The notes under the pieces were generated by a model. It saw only the letters and a program-made list of their open reading frames with translations, searched no databases and was not told the DNA's origin. A stretch of DNA of 64,000 bases from Ginglymostoma cirratum. Taxonomy: Eukaryota. Where the stretch lies: the NCBI GenBank assembly GCA_024137785.1, contig JAHRHZ010000009.1, positions 21,018,239-21,082,238 of the forward strand. Direction: 5' to 3'. The translations under genes and the position numbers were made by a program. Positions 38,945-51,940 of the stretch are shown piece by piece (within the stretch, counting starts at the first letter, position 1; each line of letters opens with the position of its first letter).

Positions 38945-39240
38945 CAATCCTGAAAATCTGAAATCAAACCAAACAATAGAGGTAAAAGAAATTTAGGTCA
39001 GACAGCATCTGTGCAGAGAGAGAAGCAGAAATGAAATTCCATCAGAACTGGGAACGGTTAGAGATGTAATAGGTTTTGAGAAAGGAGTAAATTGGTCCAA
39101 GACAGGACAAAATGTCTGTAATAGGGTGGAAAACTGAAGAGCCTGAGTGACAGAAAAAATAGTACACTGAGTCAAAGAAAATGGAGATGGGGAAAGAAAG
39201 GCAATAAAGAAATAAAAGATGCATCTGACCTGATTTTGCT
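38945..39240 (-). mobile_element. Penelope pLTR fragment (old)
   Basis: aggtcagacagcatctgtgcagagagagaagcaga...catcagaactgg is the reverse of the pLTR; the core is deleted. Confidence 0.55.
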
Positions 39241-39317
39241 TGCATTAGGGTATTTTACTTGATGTGGCGATGCTTATACAATTTCCCATAACATCAGAAA
39301 CTGGACATGGATAGCAG

Positions 39318-39572
39318 AGAGATCATAGATTTTTACACCTTGGAAAGAACTCCTTCAGTCCATCATGTCTGCACTGGCTATTAAGCATTGTATGGCACTT
39401 CAAGTGATTATCCAATTACTTCTTAAACATTGTGATGGTTCTGCCTCTGCAGCCTTTCAGGCAGTGAGTTCCAAATACCCACCAATATCTGCATGAAAAG
39501 AATTCTAATGTAATTCCTTTGAAACCTCCTGTCCTTTATTTTAAGTCTATGCCTCCAGGTTACTGAACCCTC
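39318..39572 (-). mobile_element. CR1 3' fragment
   Basis: Reverse tail gatcatagattttt...; ttcaggcagtgagttccaaatacccacc. Confidence 0.65.
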
Positions 39573-39870
39573 TATGGTTGGCACAACGAGCTGGTTCATT
39601 GTTCCGCAGATGTTTCATTACCCTGCTGGGTAACATCATCAGTGCAGCCTCCAATGAAGCGCTGTTGTGTTTTCCCACCTGGTATTTAAACTCTGGTGTC
39701 CGTTGAGCTGGGTTACCTCACGTCTGGTTTTCCTTTGCGGTGGAATATATATAGGGTCTAGCTATATGTGTTTGTTGATGGCCTTCTTAGTGGAGAGCCA
39801 GGCCTCTAGGAATTCCCATACTTGTCTCTGCTTGGTCTGACCCAGGATCCTGGTGTTGTCCCAGTCAAGC
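39573..39870 (-). mobile_element. Second Penelope family (Poseidon-like) 3' end with hammerhead
   Basis: Minus strand translates DWDNTRILGQTKQRQVWEFLEAWLSTKKAINKHI*LDPIY (GIY-YIG C-terminus), followed by a pLTR. Confidence 0.75.
39606..39645 (-). ncRNA. Minimal hammerhead ribozyme motif
   Basis: GCA-CTGATGA-T-GTTACCC-agca-GGGTAAT-GAAAC-ATC-TGC: stem I GCA/TGC, 7-bp stem II including a G-U pair; departures from consensus fit CpG decay. Confidence 0.65.
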
Positions 39871-41122
39871 TTACCTGTTGCTATTAAGCATATTAGAAGG
39901 ATTTGCAGGTTGATTATGTACATTTTTCACTGTGTGATGAATGCATCTTCAATGGTCATCAGCCCTGGGTTGGGTTCGATCCTGGAACTTCTGACTCAGA
40001 AGTACAAATGCTATATGCACCACAAGACCTCTCATTCAAAGGCAGGGTTTAATCAAATATTCAAAAAGTATCTGGTACAAAATAGAATGATTAAATTTAC
40101 TGATTGATTTGTCTTAGAGCTTTTGAACATGTTTGTTAAAGATTTTACTTGAATGTTCACGTCTCAGGTTGGAGTTGCTATGTTTACACTCTAACACTGG
40201 CAGCTGAATTTGAGTTGTGTGGTCTAAAACAAATGCAGGGGTATGTAATTATCCAGATGTATCTGGCTGGCCGTCCAAACAGAACAATACTTTTGTTGAA
40301 GAATGGACAATTTATCCTCTGGCGTTTCTTAATTATTTGAAGCAAACAGAGTGTGAAACTCATGGGCTATATGGAAGGAAATTTCATTTTGAAAAATGTG
40401 AATGAATCCTAGGAAAGAGTTATGCACCCTATTCTGATGATGCAGATGGCGGTCTGTCGTTGTATGCAAACTGGCCTGGTAGCCATGTTGCAATGTGAAG
40501 CATTGGTGACCTCCAAAGTGCCGAACTGTAGTATAAGTGACAGAAGGTGCAGTTGGTCATGAAAAGAATTCTAATGTAATTCCTTTGAAACCTCCTGTCC
40601 TTTATTTTAAGTCTATGCCTCCAGGTTACTGAACCCTCATGGTGTGTGCTGTGAAATATTGGGCAATTCTGCAGAAGGTGGCAGCCCGGGAACAATACCA
40701 GCACATTGTAGTCACCAGGTAACTGGTTGCCCTTTCATGTCAGAGATTTTACTTTTTCTTTTCTCTCCAGGAAAATAGCAATCTATACATAATTCTGGCT
40801 CAAACAATGATGGGAATGAGTACAGTTGGAGACAACATTGGTTAGACTTACAGGAGGCTGGATTTCTCTGCAGTCCCATTCAAATGCTGATGATTTATAC
40901 TTTCCAATGTATGCTTCACAAAAATGAAGCTCACCTTATGCCTTTCCATTATTTTTAATGACATGCCTTATTTGAACAATATTTGTCCTTAAACCCCATC
41001 ACAGAAATTTTAGCCTTGCAATTGTAACTGAAGTAACATTTTAAGTGCAGAATGATGGTTAGTACTGTGCTAATCTCTCCTGCCAAGAAAGGGAAAGAAT
41101 GACTTAAGGTCACCCCTGCTTA

Positions 41123-41375
41123 AAAGCAAACTGCTGCAGGTGTTGAAAATACGAAACAATACAGAAAAGGCTAGAGAAATTCAACAGATCTGTGGAGTGA
41201 GAAACAGAGTTGACATTTTGAGCACCCTATGTCTCTTCACAGTGAACTCTTCTGAAGAGAAAATCATTGTACTCAAAATGTTAACTATATTGTTCTCTGC
41301 ACAGATGTTGCTAGACCTGCTCCAAACAGAATGCGTATTTCTTTTCTCATGTAGTGAATTGTTGTTTGCGTTTTT
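41123..41375. mobile_element. Old Penelope-derived inverted pLTR pair
   Basis: atctgtggagtgagaaacagagttgacattttgag is mirrored by ctcaaaatgttaactatattgttctctgcacagat around a ctgaaga core. Confidence 0.6.
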
Positions 41376-41924
41376 TTTAAGAAACACCGTAAATCCACTG
41401 TCTCTTCCCCATCTCTTTATTTAACTTTCTGTACCTGATTCTACCCATTTACTCTCCTGCTTTATCAATCTTGTTTCCTTCTCAATCATTAAATTAAATG
41501 GGTTGAGGAAATAGCCAGTACTGCCTTATATTAGGATCCAAGATGTTCCGTTGCCCTTGGTATCTTGTTATCAGCTTGTATTTCCAGCAAGTTACAAAGT
41601 AATGGACATCTAGTCCAATGATTGCTGCTCAATGTGAGATGGCCCACTGCAGCAAGATCCGGCCCAAAGAAAATTACTAATGTAAATTCATCAGACTGCA
41701 ATTATTCCTTCCATTATTAGAAGCACTGCTGTACCACGACCAAGATGATTAGTTTACATAAGCAGTCTCCATTATCAATGAGGATATAATAACTTCAAAT
41801 GGAAATTATGTTAGGGTGCATGTTATTAAAATAAGGATTTGATTTGTGTCTGCATGCCTTGGTTCAATTAGGCCCCACCACCTGACGCTGCTTCAACTCA
41901 AGACATAGCTTGGTCTTGACCCAC

Positions 41925-42362
41925 AAGATACTGGTGATAATTCTGTATGTTTCAATTATGGATACAGAGCAGAGACGATGATTTGATATCCTTAGAAAAA
42001 TGCCAAGGGATGATTTAATACAGGTGTTTCAAATTAGGAGAAGTTTTGATTGAATCCGCAGCCAGAATATTCCCATTGACTGGAGAGTGCAGAACCAGAG
42101 GACACAGGTTCAAGATAATTGACAAGAAAAGCTATGGGGGACATGAGGTGATTATCTTTTTATGGAGTGGTGATTTTGAATGCATTGCTGGCAGAGGAAA
42201 TTGATTCAACATTACTGTTCAAAGAAATTTGAATATCTACTTTGAAACGAAAAATTTGCAGGGTTACTGTAGAATGGAGTAAACAAGTCGGGTGGCTATT
42301 TCAGGGAATTAACGCAGAAATGATACAATGAATGGGTGCCTCCTGTGCTATTTGAGTCCATG
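41925..42362 (+). mobile_element. CR1 LINE 3' fragment
   Basis: ccagaggacacaggttcaagataattgacaag...tcctgtgcta tail. Confidence 0.6.
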
Positions 42363-42798
42363 TGTTACACAATGTGTGATGGAACATTTAATAGTTGCTG
42401 GTATTGAACAAGTGCTTAATGCACCCATGATACTTCTATTTTAGCAAGGCAGTCAACTGAACACTACCATTTAAATAGTTATCGATGATTATGAAGAAAA
42501 AGGTTCATTGGCTAATACAAGCAATGTAGTATTTAGGTTGTGTTGTTTGATGCACTAGATTTTGATTTTAGCAGCAAAACAATGATGCTTACCACTAACT
42601 TTAAAACAAACATTTCCCACAAAGATTCAGAGATCAAAATGTTGTGGATTTCCCTCTTCCTAATCTGAGTTTAAATTTGGTCCCAAATCAAGGGGATCCT
42701 TTGAGGTTCAGCAATTGTGATTACATCATACATAGTAAGCAGCCAAACACATTGAAGTAAATCTCAACAGCAGCAAACCAGGAAGTTAAGAAAGAAAT

Positions 42799-43295
42799 AG
42801 TATCAGAGATAAAAGGTACTGCAGATGCTGGAGAATCCGAGATAACAAGCATGGGGCTGGATGAACACAGCAGGTCAAGCAGCATCATAGGAGCAGGAAA
42901 ACTTGATGTTTCAGGCCTAAACCCTTCATCAGAAATGGGGGAGGGGAAGAGGGTTCTGAAATAAATAGGGAGAGAGGGGGAGGCCCCCATCTCCTATCTA
43001 CTAACATCATCCCGCCCCCTTTACCTGTCCGTCCTCCCTGGACTGACCTATCTCCTCCCTACCCCCCTACCTACACTCACCTTTACTGGCTCCATCCCCG
43101 CCTCTTCGACTTGTCTGCCTCCTCGCCACCTATCCTCTCCTCTATCCATCCTCTATCCGCCTCCCCCTCTCTCTCTATTTATTTCAGAACCCTCTTCCCC
43201 TCCCCCATTTCTGATGAAGGGTTTAGGCCCGAAACGTCAAGTTTTCCTGCTCCTCTGATGCTGCTTGACCTGCTGTGTTCATCCAGCCCCATGCT
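42799..43295. mobile_element. Young Penelope-derived inverted element with 15-bp TSD
   Basis: TSD agttaagaaagaaat at 42784-42798 and 43296-43310; 137-bp inverted arms 42848-42984 and 43159-43295. Confidence 0.9.
43207..43242 (+). ncRNA. Intact minimal hammerhead ribozyme motif
   Basis: ATTT-CTGATGA-A-GGGT-ttag-GCCC-GAAAC-GTC-AAGT: full core, stem II, GUC triplet at 43236-43238 and a 4-bp stem I. Confidence 0.72.
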
Positions 43296-45899
43296 AGTTA
43301 AGAAAGAAATTTAGGTTTTCAATTTTAATTAAAATCATATAGAAATCAATTTAAAGATTGAAATATGTACATATGGGATTGGGGTTGGAGCTGAAATATT
43401 ATCAACAAACTTTAAAAAGTATTATTCTTAAAATGTGAACTTTTTGTCGTAATAGAGAAACTTGACATTCCATAAATATAAAAGCAGCTTCTCATGGGCA
43501 GTAAGGCCGTTCAACCATTATTTCACACTTAGTATGGGATGAAGAAATTCAGTTACACCTCATTCAACAAGGTGCAAATGTGTTAAGTATTTTTACCTCG
43601 AGATGAAGAGATCAAGTTCTCATCAGTTCAGCGATTTCTGCAATCTGGATAGATCTCAACAGCACCCCCTATGGAAAATCTTAGATCCACTGACAGCAAA
43701 TTCTGGATTTCTGCATTCAACCTTGCACATTAAAACTCCAAAAGTTGCCTTCAGTTTTAGAATGATAACAGTTTGTTACTTGTCATTCATTGAAAACCTT
43801 GGCCATTGTGTTTAGATTTTGCTTGCAGGCAGAGATTTCAGTTTAATAATGGGTGCTGGCAGCATAGTAACAATGTGGTTTTTACTCCAGAGGCCCTGGC
43901 TCATGCTTTGGGATCACAGGTTCAAAGCTCACCATGGCACATAGGCTGGCCTACACATGATCCTGATCCACAGCAATGTGGTTGATCCCTAACTGCCCTC
44001 TGAAATAGTTCAGCAAGCCACTCATTTTAAGGCTTTCTGGGGTTGAATAACAAACGCCAATCTTGATAGCAGTGCTCACAAAGTACGAAGAAATAAGAAA
44101 CTTTACCACTGATATATTAGTGTAGATATTAGTTTTTCCTGTTATTCTCTCCCTAACCAGTAGTGTCAAGAAATGTGCATTAACATCCAATTTACAACAC
44201 TGAGGCAAAACATGTACATACATAGTTTCTCTGTTATTAAGGCCTATGAAGTTTTCAAGTGTACTTGCTGGATTAGCCTGCCACTAGGCAAGGACTCTTA
44301 AAAGACTTCAACAGAGGAAGATTGGTTTTGACATAAACCAAAGCATAATTTTATTATTGTCTAACATTAGTGCAATACAAAGTGCTTTGCACAGAGAGAA
44401 ACTCAATCACCCAAAATTTAACCCAACAGAAATACATTATATAAGATTGAGCAAGACAAGGTTCTGTTTGAGAATGCTGTCACAAGGTATTTCAACGTGG
44501 TTGTCAAATCAAGCCATTGTACTCAGATCTTATTATAAGATATTGTCGACCAGCACCAATTTGTTACATTAAAGATTACCATGTTACAGTTATAGGTTCC
44601 GTCCATTATCATCATTACATCAACAGCACTCACAGTAACTTCACTATTATGTGATTTTATATTTTCTAACTTTAATGAGAATAATGGAGTTTTGGTTACA
44701 TTAGTCTGGTAAAGAAATGCTTCTAATGGACCAGACAATGTCAGCAATTAAAAAACTGCCCAACTATATGTACTAAACATGATTGATGCCACTGAACAAA
44801 TTGCCTTTAACAATTAACGTTATAATGTCTCCTATTCATGTTGTTATGTGAAAAGCCCATGTTGCATCACTGTAACAAATCATATTAATCAAATGCTCAT
44901 GTCACAAAGGAACTAGTTTGCTGTTTTATTTTAACCTTACCACTTTTTAGCCAAGGTAAAAAGGGGGAAAGTCAAATAATCCCTGTGTGTCAACTGTAGT
45001 GAAATTATAATCTTAAACCTTTCAAGCTAAATAGCTGAACAGAATAAACATTTGAATAAACAATAAAAATTTGATTCTTAAATTTCAATCAGGCACAGCC
45101 TATTCCTGTTGAATCTAAATTCTCATGCATAACCACTTCCAGAAAGCTTTTGGGGTTGTTTCAATCAAAGGTTTTCTTTTCTCACCTTCTTTACCTTTAA
45201 GTTGAATTTGCAACATCCGGACTTGCAAGCACAATGCAGGAAATCAATGGAGCAAACCTAGATATCCTCAGTTTGTTGATCAGTACAACAGTACATCAAC
45301 ACATACTAAAGCTGAGTTCTCTGGTTCTATTTTCATTCATTCAGCCAAGATGCAAGTCAAAATTACATTTAAAGAAATGAAAATAAGTTTCACAATAATT
45401 TACAAATTAGCTAAAGTGAATAAAATCATGGAAAAAAAACATGCACCATAATTTTTTATAAGAGGGCAGCTAAAATGTTTACTGTTAGTTAGACTTGCTG
45501 CTGCATGTTTTAGATCTTAAAATGTTTTGAGGTTGTTTGAATTGTGATCTGATAATTGCACAGAGTGGAGAAAACAGGCAGCTGTGACCTGAGTAGTCAC
45601 AGCAATCAACAAAGCATCTTCTCAAACAATCAGATTTTAGGATTGTGAAATTAATAGCCAAGAAAGTATAAATTAGAATGCATAAAATAGAAGGGAACAA
45701 TATTAGTGTTTTTCACTGTCAGATTAAAGTATTGACACATTTCATCATTGAAATGATGTCAGACTGGAATGAATGGGACTTAACTTACTGTGGCGAGTTT
45801 AGATCTAGCATACAAATACAGCAGCTTCAATCAAGATGCTATTTGCATAAAGCTAACAATGGAGCAATGCAAGCTTTGACAGAAACATTTCAATTTAAC

Positions 45900-46190
45900 A
45901 GAATTTTGGGGTAGGAGAAAACCATTTGGGCCTTTCAGTCTGCTCTACATTCAAAAAATTAGTGGTTGATTGCAGTGACTGGTTGGGGTCTCGTCTCCAC
46001 TCTCCAGTCCAAAGCCATAATACTGAATTCTCTGTCTCTCAAAAAAGTTATCAAACTCAAAGCTGAATAAATTTAAATAGCTATTTTGTGAGGAAGTGAA
46101 TTCTGTACACTAATGACCCTCTGAAAGAAAATGTTTCTCCTCATTTCAGTCTTAAAAAGGAGACCTTTTATTCCTAAACGATGGCCCTTA
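45900..46190 (-). mobile_element. CR1 3' fragment (decayed)
   Basis: accatttgggcctttcagtctgctctacattcaa...tctcctcatttcagtcttaaa. Confidence 0.55.
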
Positions 46191-47665
46191 AAATTAATCA
46201 TGCATCCCCGTTTGTAGTTGTTGTATTAGTTATGCATAAAAAAGTAAGCACCATTAGTCTTATCAACATTTTGACAGAAAAGTATGGTTCAACGCGTGGT
46301 AATGGACTGCTTTACATATGTCTTAAAATTAAAACAACCGCAAAATAGGTTGTTCAAGGTGGCATTTAAAGATTCTTCTCGCATTGACCAAGGTAAAGTT
46401 TAAATACTCAGCACTGTAATAAGATGCTGCGACTATTAATCCTAGATTGTTGCACTAAGAAAGAAGAATGTGGTGCACAAGATAACATTTGTACGGAATC
46501 TTTAAAATGCTGTGTGTATGTAATTGGACTTTACAAAGCACGAGTTCAGCAATGTTGCTGTCTTTGGAGTTTGTAGTAGATAATAGATGTCAGGCAGTGT
46601 ACAGCAATATAGTTCCCAGAAAGGTTAGCCAAGCAGTTTAAGAACCCATAGGTTTTCATACTATGAGGCTGCAAGTTATCTGCGCTGGTTGTACTTAGCA
46701 GGGATGGCAAAATGAAGAGTCAGTTTTCAAGCCAAATAGAAGCACATCGCCGGTAAAACATAACTGGAAAATGATGCTGCTCAGGGTCAATTTTAGACTC
46801 ACCCATTTCATCGATAAAGTGACATTAAGTTCTCCAAAAACTACAATAAGTGGAATTTCTGACTCACAAGGCCAGGTCAAGAAGATGCAAAATAATTTGC
46901 CGAGCTGTGTTTACGTGAGAACAGATACAGCACCCAAATTTTTATGATACATTTTCTCTTGGTTTGTTCCTATAAACTGGGCTCTTCAAACATTAACTCT
47001 CAACCGTGTATTACATTATTTAAATGTGTTTCTCGAATGAAAATGCTAATGCAGGTTTTTCATTTTAAAGGCAAAAAACAACTGTTGTTAGCTAAGGCAG
47101 CCCTGATCAGTGTCATCATTTGGTCTATAATGGTGATGAAATATGTTACAAGATATATTCAGGGAGAATATTCCCCTGAAGTATATTGTGTAAGAAATCC
47201 ATAGCTGACATTTCAGATTGTCTCCTTGTTGGATTTATTCTTCTGTGTTGAGCAAAATAACATTACATTTAAAGAAGAAGTACATTATTTGCTATCCATG
47301 AACTAGTCTTATGAGTCAGCAATTCCACTCATTGTAGGCTTTGAGTTTTTGAGTGAGGTTCAATCCTATAAAGCTGACTTTCATTGAGTATCATTCAAAT
47401 GTGTTCCTTTAAGTATTGTAATTGCATTCAGATATATATCGGGTAGAGTCAAATACTTGTGAATTAATATTACATTAATTCATGTTGCCCATTTATACAA
47501 TACACAACCCACTAGACTGTATGGCAGGTCCATCATATATTGATCTGCAAGAGGTCAGAATTCATAATTTTTCCATTTAGTCCATCACTAAATCCTAACC
47601 TGGGAGATATAATATTTATTTATCTATGACAGGAAGCATGAAAAACAGTTTGGTGACGGAAAATT

Positions 47666-47842
47666 ACTTGACTTTTCAGGTTGATGTCCTTTCATCATTT
47701 ATTCGTTCTGATGAAAGGACATCGACCTGAAATGTCAACCCTGTTTTTCTCTGTCTACAGGAGCTAACTGACGTGCTATGCATTCCCAGCTTTCTGTTTT
47801 CCTTTCATATTCCCAACATTGGCAGTATTTTCCTCTTGTTTT
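47666..47842. mobile_element. Penelope pLTR with short inverted arm
   Basis: 47668-47697 is inverted relative to 47709-47738; core ctgatgaaaggacatcgacctgaaatgtc. Confidence 0.65.
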
Positions 47843-48069
47843 CAGGCAAATAATGTGTTTATCTTGCAGGAAACTATGATAAAGCACTTGTTCAACAAAT
47901 CTGCTAAATATATGTGGAAAGAATGCTATATTCAGCAGGGTCCAGTAGATAAAAAAGTCCTAATGAACTCGAATTTTGCAGCAGGCAAACACACATGCCT
48001 ACACCACTATATTGCAGCACATCACTCACAGACATAATTTCTAAATAAGCATGAAGTAATGCATCTTGG

Positions 48070-48460
48070 TCAGAATATAGCTCCTTTGGAAATCCCAAAG
48101 CAATGTAGCATTTTCAACATGTAGCCACTGTTTTAATCTAGGGAACATGGCAGCCAAAACTAGAGCACAACAAATTCCCACAAACAGCACCATGATTGTG
48201 ACCAGGTAATCATTTTTTGTGAAATTGAGTGAGGGAATGTTATTGGCCAGAACCCCAAGGATAACTTCCCTGTGCTTTAAAATAGTGTCATGTTATCTTT
48301 TATGTTCACCTTAGTGTGGTTTGGGATGTTTGTAATATGTCTCATCTGAAAGATTCTGCCTCCACTATTTGCTTAGTGATGAGTACCAAGAAATGTTTTT
48401 GACTATACTGTGGAGTAAGACTTGAATACAAAACCAACGGACACAGAAGCAAGAGTGTGA
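48070..48460 (-). mobile_element. Deu-domain SINE
   Basis: Reverse core tattggccagaaccccaaggataacttccc...tctcatctgaaaga. Confidence 0.6.
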
Positions 48461-49609
48461 GAAGAAATAATGAGGCCATCTACTCTTTGAAAAGGAGTTA
48501 AGCCATGGATCTAATTGAATGACAGGGCAGGGTGAATGGCTTTTTCCTGTCCATAACTAGGAGCTTTTAATATAAGCTAGTCAGGAAGAAATTCTCTAAG
48601 AAATTAAAGAGAAACTTTACAAACGGCTTTTACAAAGCATAGTATACCATGTGGTCTCGTTGAAATGACTACTACAGATGTAATTGAGGGGGATCTAGGC
48701 AAGTGCATGAGAGAGAAGGGAATACAAGGGTAGGATAGGATGAAGTGACCGTAGACAGAGCAAGAGGAGGTGCATGTATAAATATGAACATAATTAGGTC
48801 ACTTGGCTTGTATTTATGCTGTAGATTCTGTTCAAATGTTTGAGGGGCCATGAATACCTTATGCCCCATGTACATCCTCTGATGTAATGTTATTCTCAGC
48901 CTAAACTAAACCAATGGTAAACCATGCCAATGAAATGATTTTTGCATGCCACACTTTAGGATTCAACTTATACCACTTGAAAATGATGCTTTTAACTTTA
49001 TTTTAAAAAATCACTTGCAATTCAGCAACAAGATATTGCTAGATAAATAGTGAATGTTTCATTCAAATGGGAATATAAGAAAACTGTCCACTTTATAGAT
49101 ATGGATAGCAATGCTGAATGGACGCTCATTTGCCCATTCCTATCGTTCGGCTGATTCATCCCCTGCTCCTAACTTCAGAGTAATCAAAATTAAATATGAA
49201 TATACATCCAGATTAACACTCCACTGGCAAAATCCTTTTCTGATTCAACATGGCCTTAAAGGTAAGCCTCAACCACTAATTATTACCTAGAAGAAGCTAC
49301 TCTTTCATATGGCAGGAAGTTTTCCACAAATCTGTTTCCCATTAATTTCAAAGACGGTGAAGAATTACTCTCCATAACCTGCCCCATTATCAAGTTCTAC
49401 AGAACAATCACCTTCTTAAGAAAAGTAAATGTTCTACATCATCCAACGTTATCAATGATTCCTGTTTTAGCGTGTCATTTTTCCTCCAGGCTCCATCATC
49501 CCAAATAATTTACTGACTTGTAATGATGGCTCATTACAACAGAGTGAACAGGCTGGGCCATGAAATAAGTGTTAATGTAAATGCTATGTAGTGTTTTTTG
49601 GGTCAGTTA

Positions 49610-49900
49610 TAATGCTTTCTCAACTGAGACTTTAAACCAAGGCCCTGTCTGTGCTTTAAAGTAGATTTGAAAGATCCAATGATAATATTTTGAAGAAGAG
49701 CATGGTGACCTGACCATTTATATCCTTCAATCAACATCACAGACAAGGACAGCAGATGATTATTATTTGGCTGTCGGTGAGATTTTTGTATCTGGATGTC
49801 TTGCTAAATTGCTTACATTATGACAGTGACTGCACATCAAAAAGTACTTTGTTGATTGTGGATTGTTTTGTCATGTGAGGTGCTATATTAATGCAGTCCC
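49610..49900 (+). mobile_element. Deu-domain SINE fragment
   Basis: tgagactttaaaccaaggccctgtctg...gaagaagagca...tcaatcaacatcac. Confidence 0.65.
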
Positions 49901-50344
49901 CATTTCTTTCACTACACATAATGTTACAGAGTCATCCAGCAATAGATGTTAGTTCCCCAATGAACCAATTCAATATGAGCATGAAATGTTCCCTTATTGA
50001 CCTATTTCCTGTTTACCACCTCTCTACATCTCTATCTTTTCTTAGTCAACACTGACTGCTTCTTCCATTTTTATCCATTTTATTAACCTTTAAGGAAGCA
50101 CTTCTTTTATGCTAATAATTGAAGTTGCTCACCACTTAGCTATTATTTACCCACTTCATCAATTACTTCCTTCCCTTTTGTAAGGGTACAAAGCTTCTTT
50201 TGGCACCTTACTGTAGATGTTACATTCGATATGGGGGGGATGTACTAATATGCACTTACTTTCATGCATTTTAAAATAAAATCAAGTCTTTTTTTTTGCC
50301 CATTTCTCATTGAGGTTTATTTGAAAATACAGCACCATTGTAAC

Positions 50345-50840
50345 AGAGAAACGAGATAGAAACAAGAATAGGCAATTCGACCCCTTGAGTCTACTTCACC
50401 ATTCAGTATGATCATGGCTTATTATCAAGCTCAGTACCCTAATCCTACCCTCTCTGTATATCCCTTGATCCCTTTAGCAACAAGAGCTATATTTACCTCC
50501 TTCTCGAAATCATGTAATATTGTGGCCTCAACTACTTTCTGCAGTAATGAATTCCACAGGCTCGCCAACGTCTGGGTGAAGAAATTTCTTCTCATCTCAG
50601 TCATAAAAAGTTCATTTCCTATCTTTAAACAGTGAATCCCAGTTCTGAACTCCCCACCGTCAGGAGCATCCTTCCTGCATCTAACCTGTCTGGTCCTATG
50701 AGAATTTCATAGCTTTCTGTGAGGTCACCCTCCATTCTTCTAAACTCTAGTGAATGCAATATAATCTCTCCTCATATGACAGTGCTGCCATACCAGGAAT
50801 CAATCTGGTAAACCTTTGCTGCATTCCCTCTGCAGCAAGA
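50345..50840 (-). mobile_element. CR1 3' fragment
   Basis: Reverse tail aataggcaattcgaccccttgagtc; tgaattccacaggctcgccaacgtctgggtgaagaaatttcttctcatctc. Confidence 0.8.
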
Positions 50841-50859
50841 GCAGAACATCATTACTATT

Positions 50860-51940
50860 GAGGGAAAATTAATGACATGGCTGGGAATTTGATTGAGTGA
50901 CAGGTGACAGAAAGAAGGGATAATGGGTAGGTACTCAAATTGGCAGCATGTGACCAGTGGTATTCCACAAGAATCTTTGTTAGGCCTCAATTATTCATTA
51001 TTTATTAATGACTTGGATAATGGCATAGAAATTCATGTCTACATTTGCTGATGACACAAAGCTAGGCAACGTTGTAGCATTTATGGTAGCAGAAAATTAC
51101 AAAGGGATATTGATAAACTGAATGAATGGACAAAACTGTGGTAGATGGAATTCAATGTAAGCAAGTGTCAGGTTATCCATTTTCAATCAATAAAGGATAG
51201 ATAAGAGTACTTTTTAGATGGTATGAAGTTAAATACAAAGAATGTCCAAAGAGATTTAAGGTTTCAGGTGCATAGATCTTTAAGATGTCATAACCACTTG
51301 CATAAGATAATCAAGAAACTTAAAGAATGCTGGCCATTTTGTATCCAGAGGACTGGAGTACATGTTTTCAGAAGTTATGCTGCAATTATACAAAGTCTTG
51401 TTTATACCCCGCTTAGAATGCTGTGAGCTACATCACACATTAGAAAGGACATATTGGCCTTGGAGGGAGTACAAGTAAGTTTAGAAGAATGATACCTGGA
51501 CTTCATGGGTTATAGGCAGTTCTGAGGAAAGTTCCTTCGACCTGAGATATTAACTCTGATTTGTCTCCACAGACGCTGCTAGACCTGCTGAGCTTTTCCA
51601 GCAATTTCTATTTTTGTCTGTTTTACAAATTCAACCCGTTTTTTTCCATAATTCAGAACGTTAAGGGGTGATTTGATTGAACTCTTCAAGGTATTAGTGG
51701 GAAAATACAGGATGGATAAAGGTAAACTATTTCCACTGGTTGGGGATCCTGGAACTAGGGTGTATAGCCTGAGAATTAGGGCCAGTCTGTTCAAGAGTGA
51801 TATGTTATAAGGCACTTCTACACACAAAGGGCAGGAAATGTTTGGAACTTTCTTCCACAAATGGCAGTGAAATGCAAGAGATTGACTATTTCAAAATTAG
51901 CTTCAAAGGGCTGAATGGCCTACTCCTGCTCCTATGTTCT
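50860..51940 (+). mobile_element. CR1 LINE RT fragment to 3' end, interrupted by a Penelope pLTR at about 51516-51625
   Basis: Relic translation WQHVTSGIPQ...FINDLD...FADDTKLG (FADD at about 51044); tail gggctgaatggcctactcctgctcctatgttc. Confidence 0.85.
51516..51625 (+). mobile_element. Penelope pLTR fragment nested in CR1
   Basis: cagttctgaggaaag...ttaactctgatttgtctccacagacgctgctagacctgctgagcttttccagcaatttc. Confidence 0.7.

Larger units (their letters stand above)
39492..40638 (+). repeat. Exact 81-bp direct repeat (39492-39572 and 40558-40638)
   Basis: catgaaaagaattctaatgtaattcctttgaaacctcctgtcctttattttaagtctatgcctccaggttactgaaccctc occurs identically at both sites. Confidence 0.92.

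Noticed and set aside
42721-43314. Two near-identical ORFs on opposite strands (…FRTLFPSPISDEGFRPETSSFPAP…)
   Set aside because: Translation of the inverted arms of a non-coding pLTR.
50345-51940. Possible single 5'-inverted CR1 insertion
   Set aside because: Both halves have their own, different 3' tails, so they are two independent insertions.
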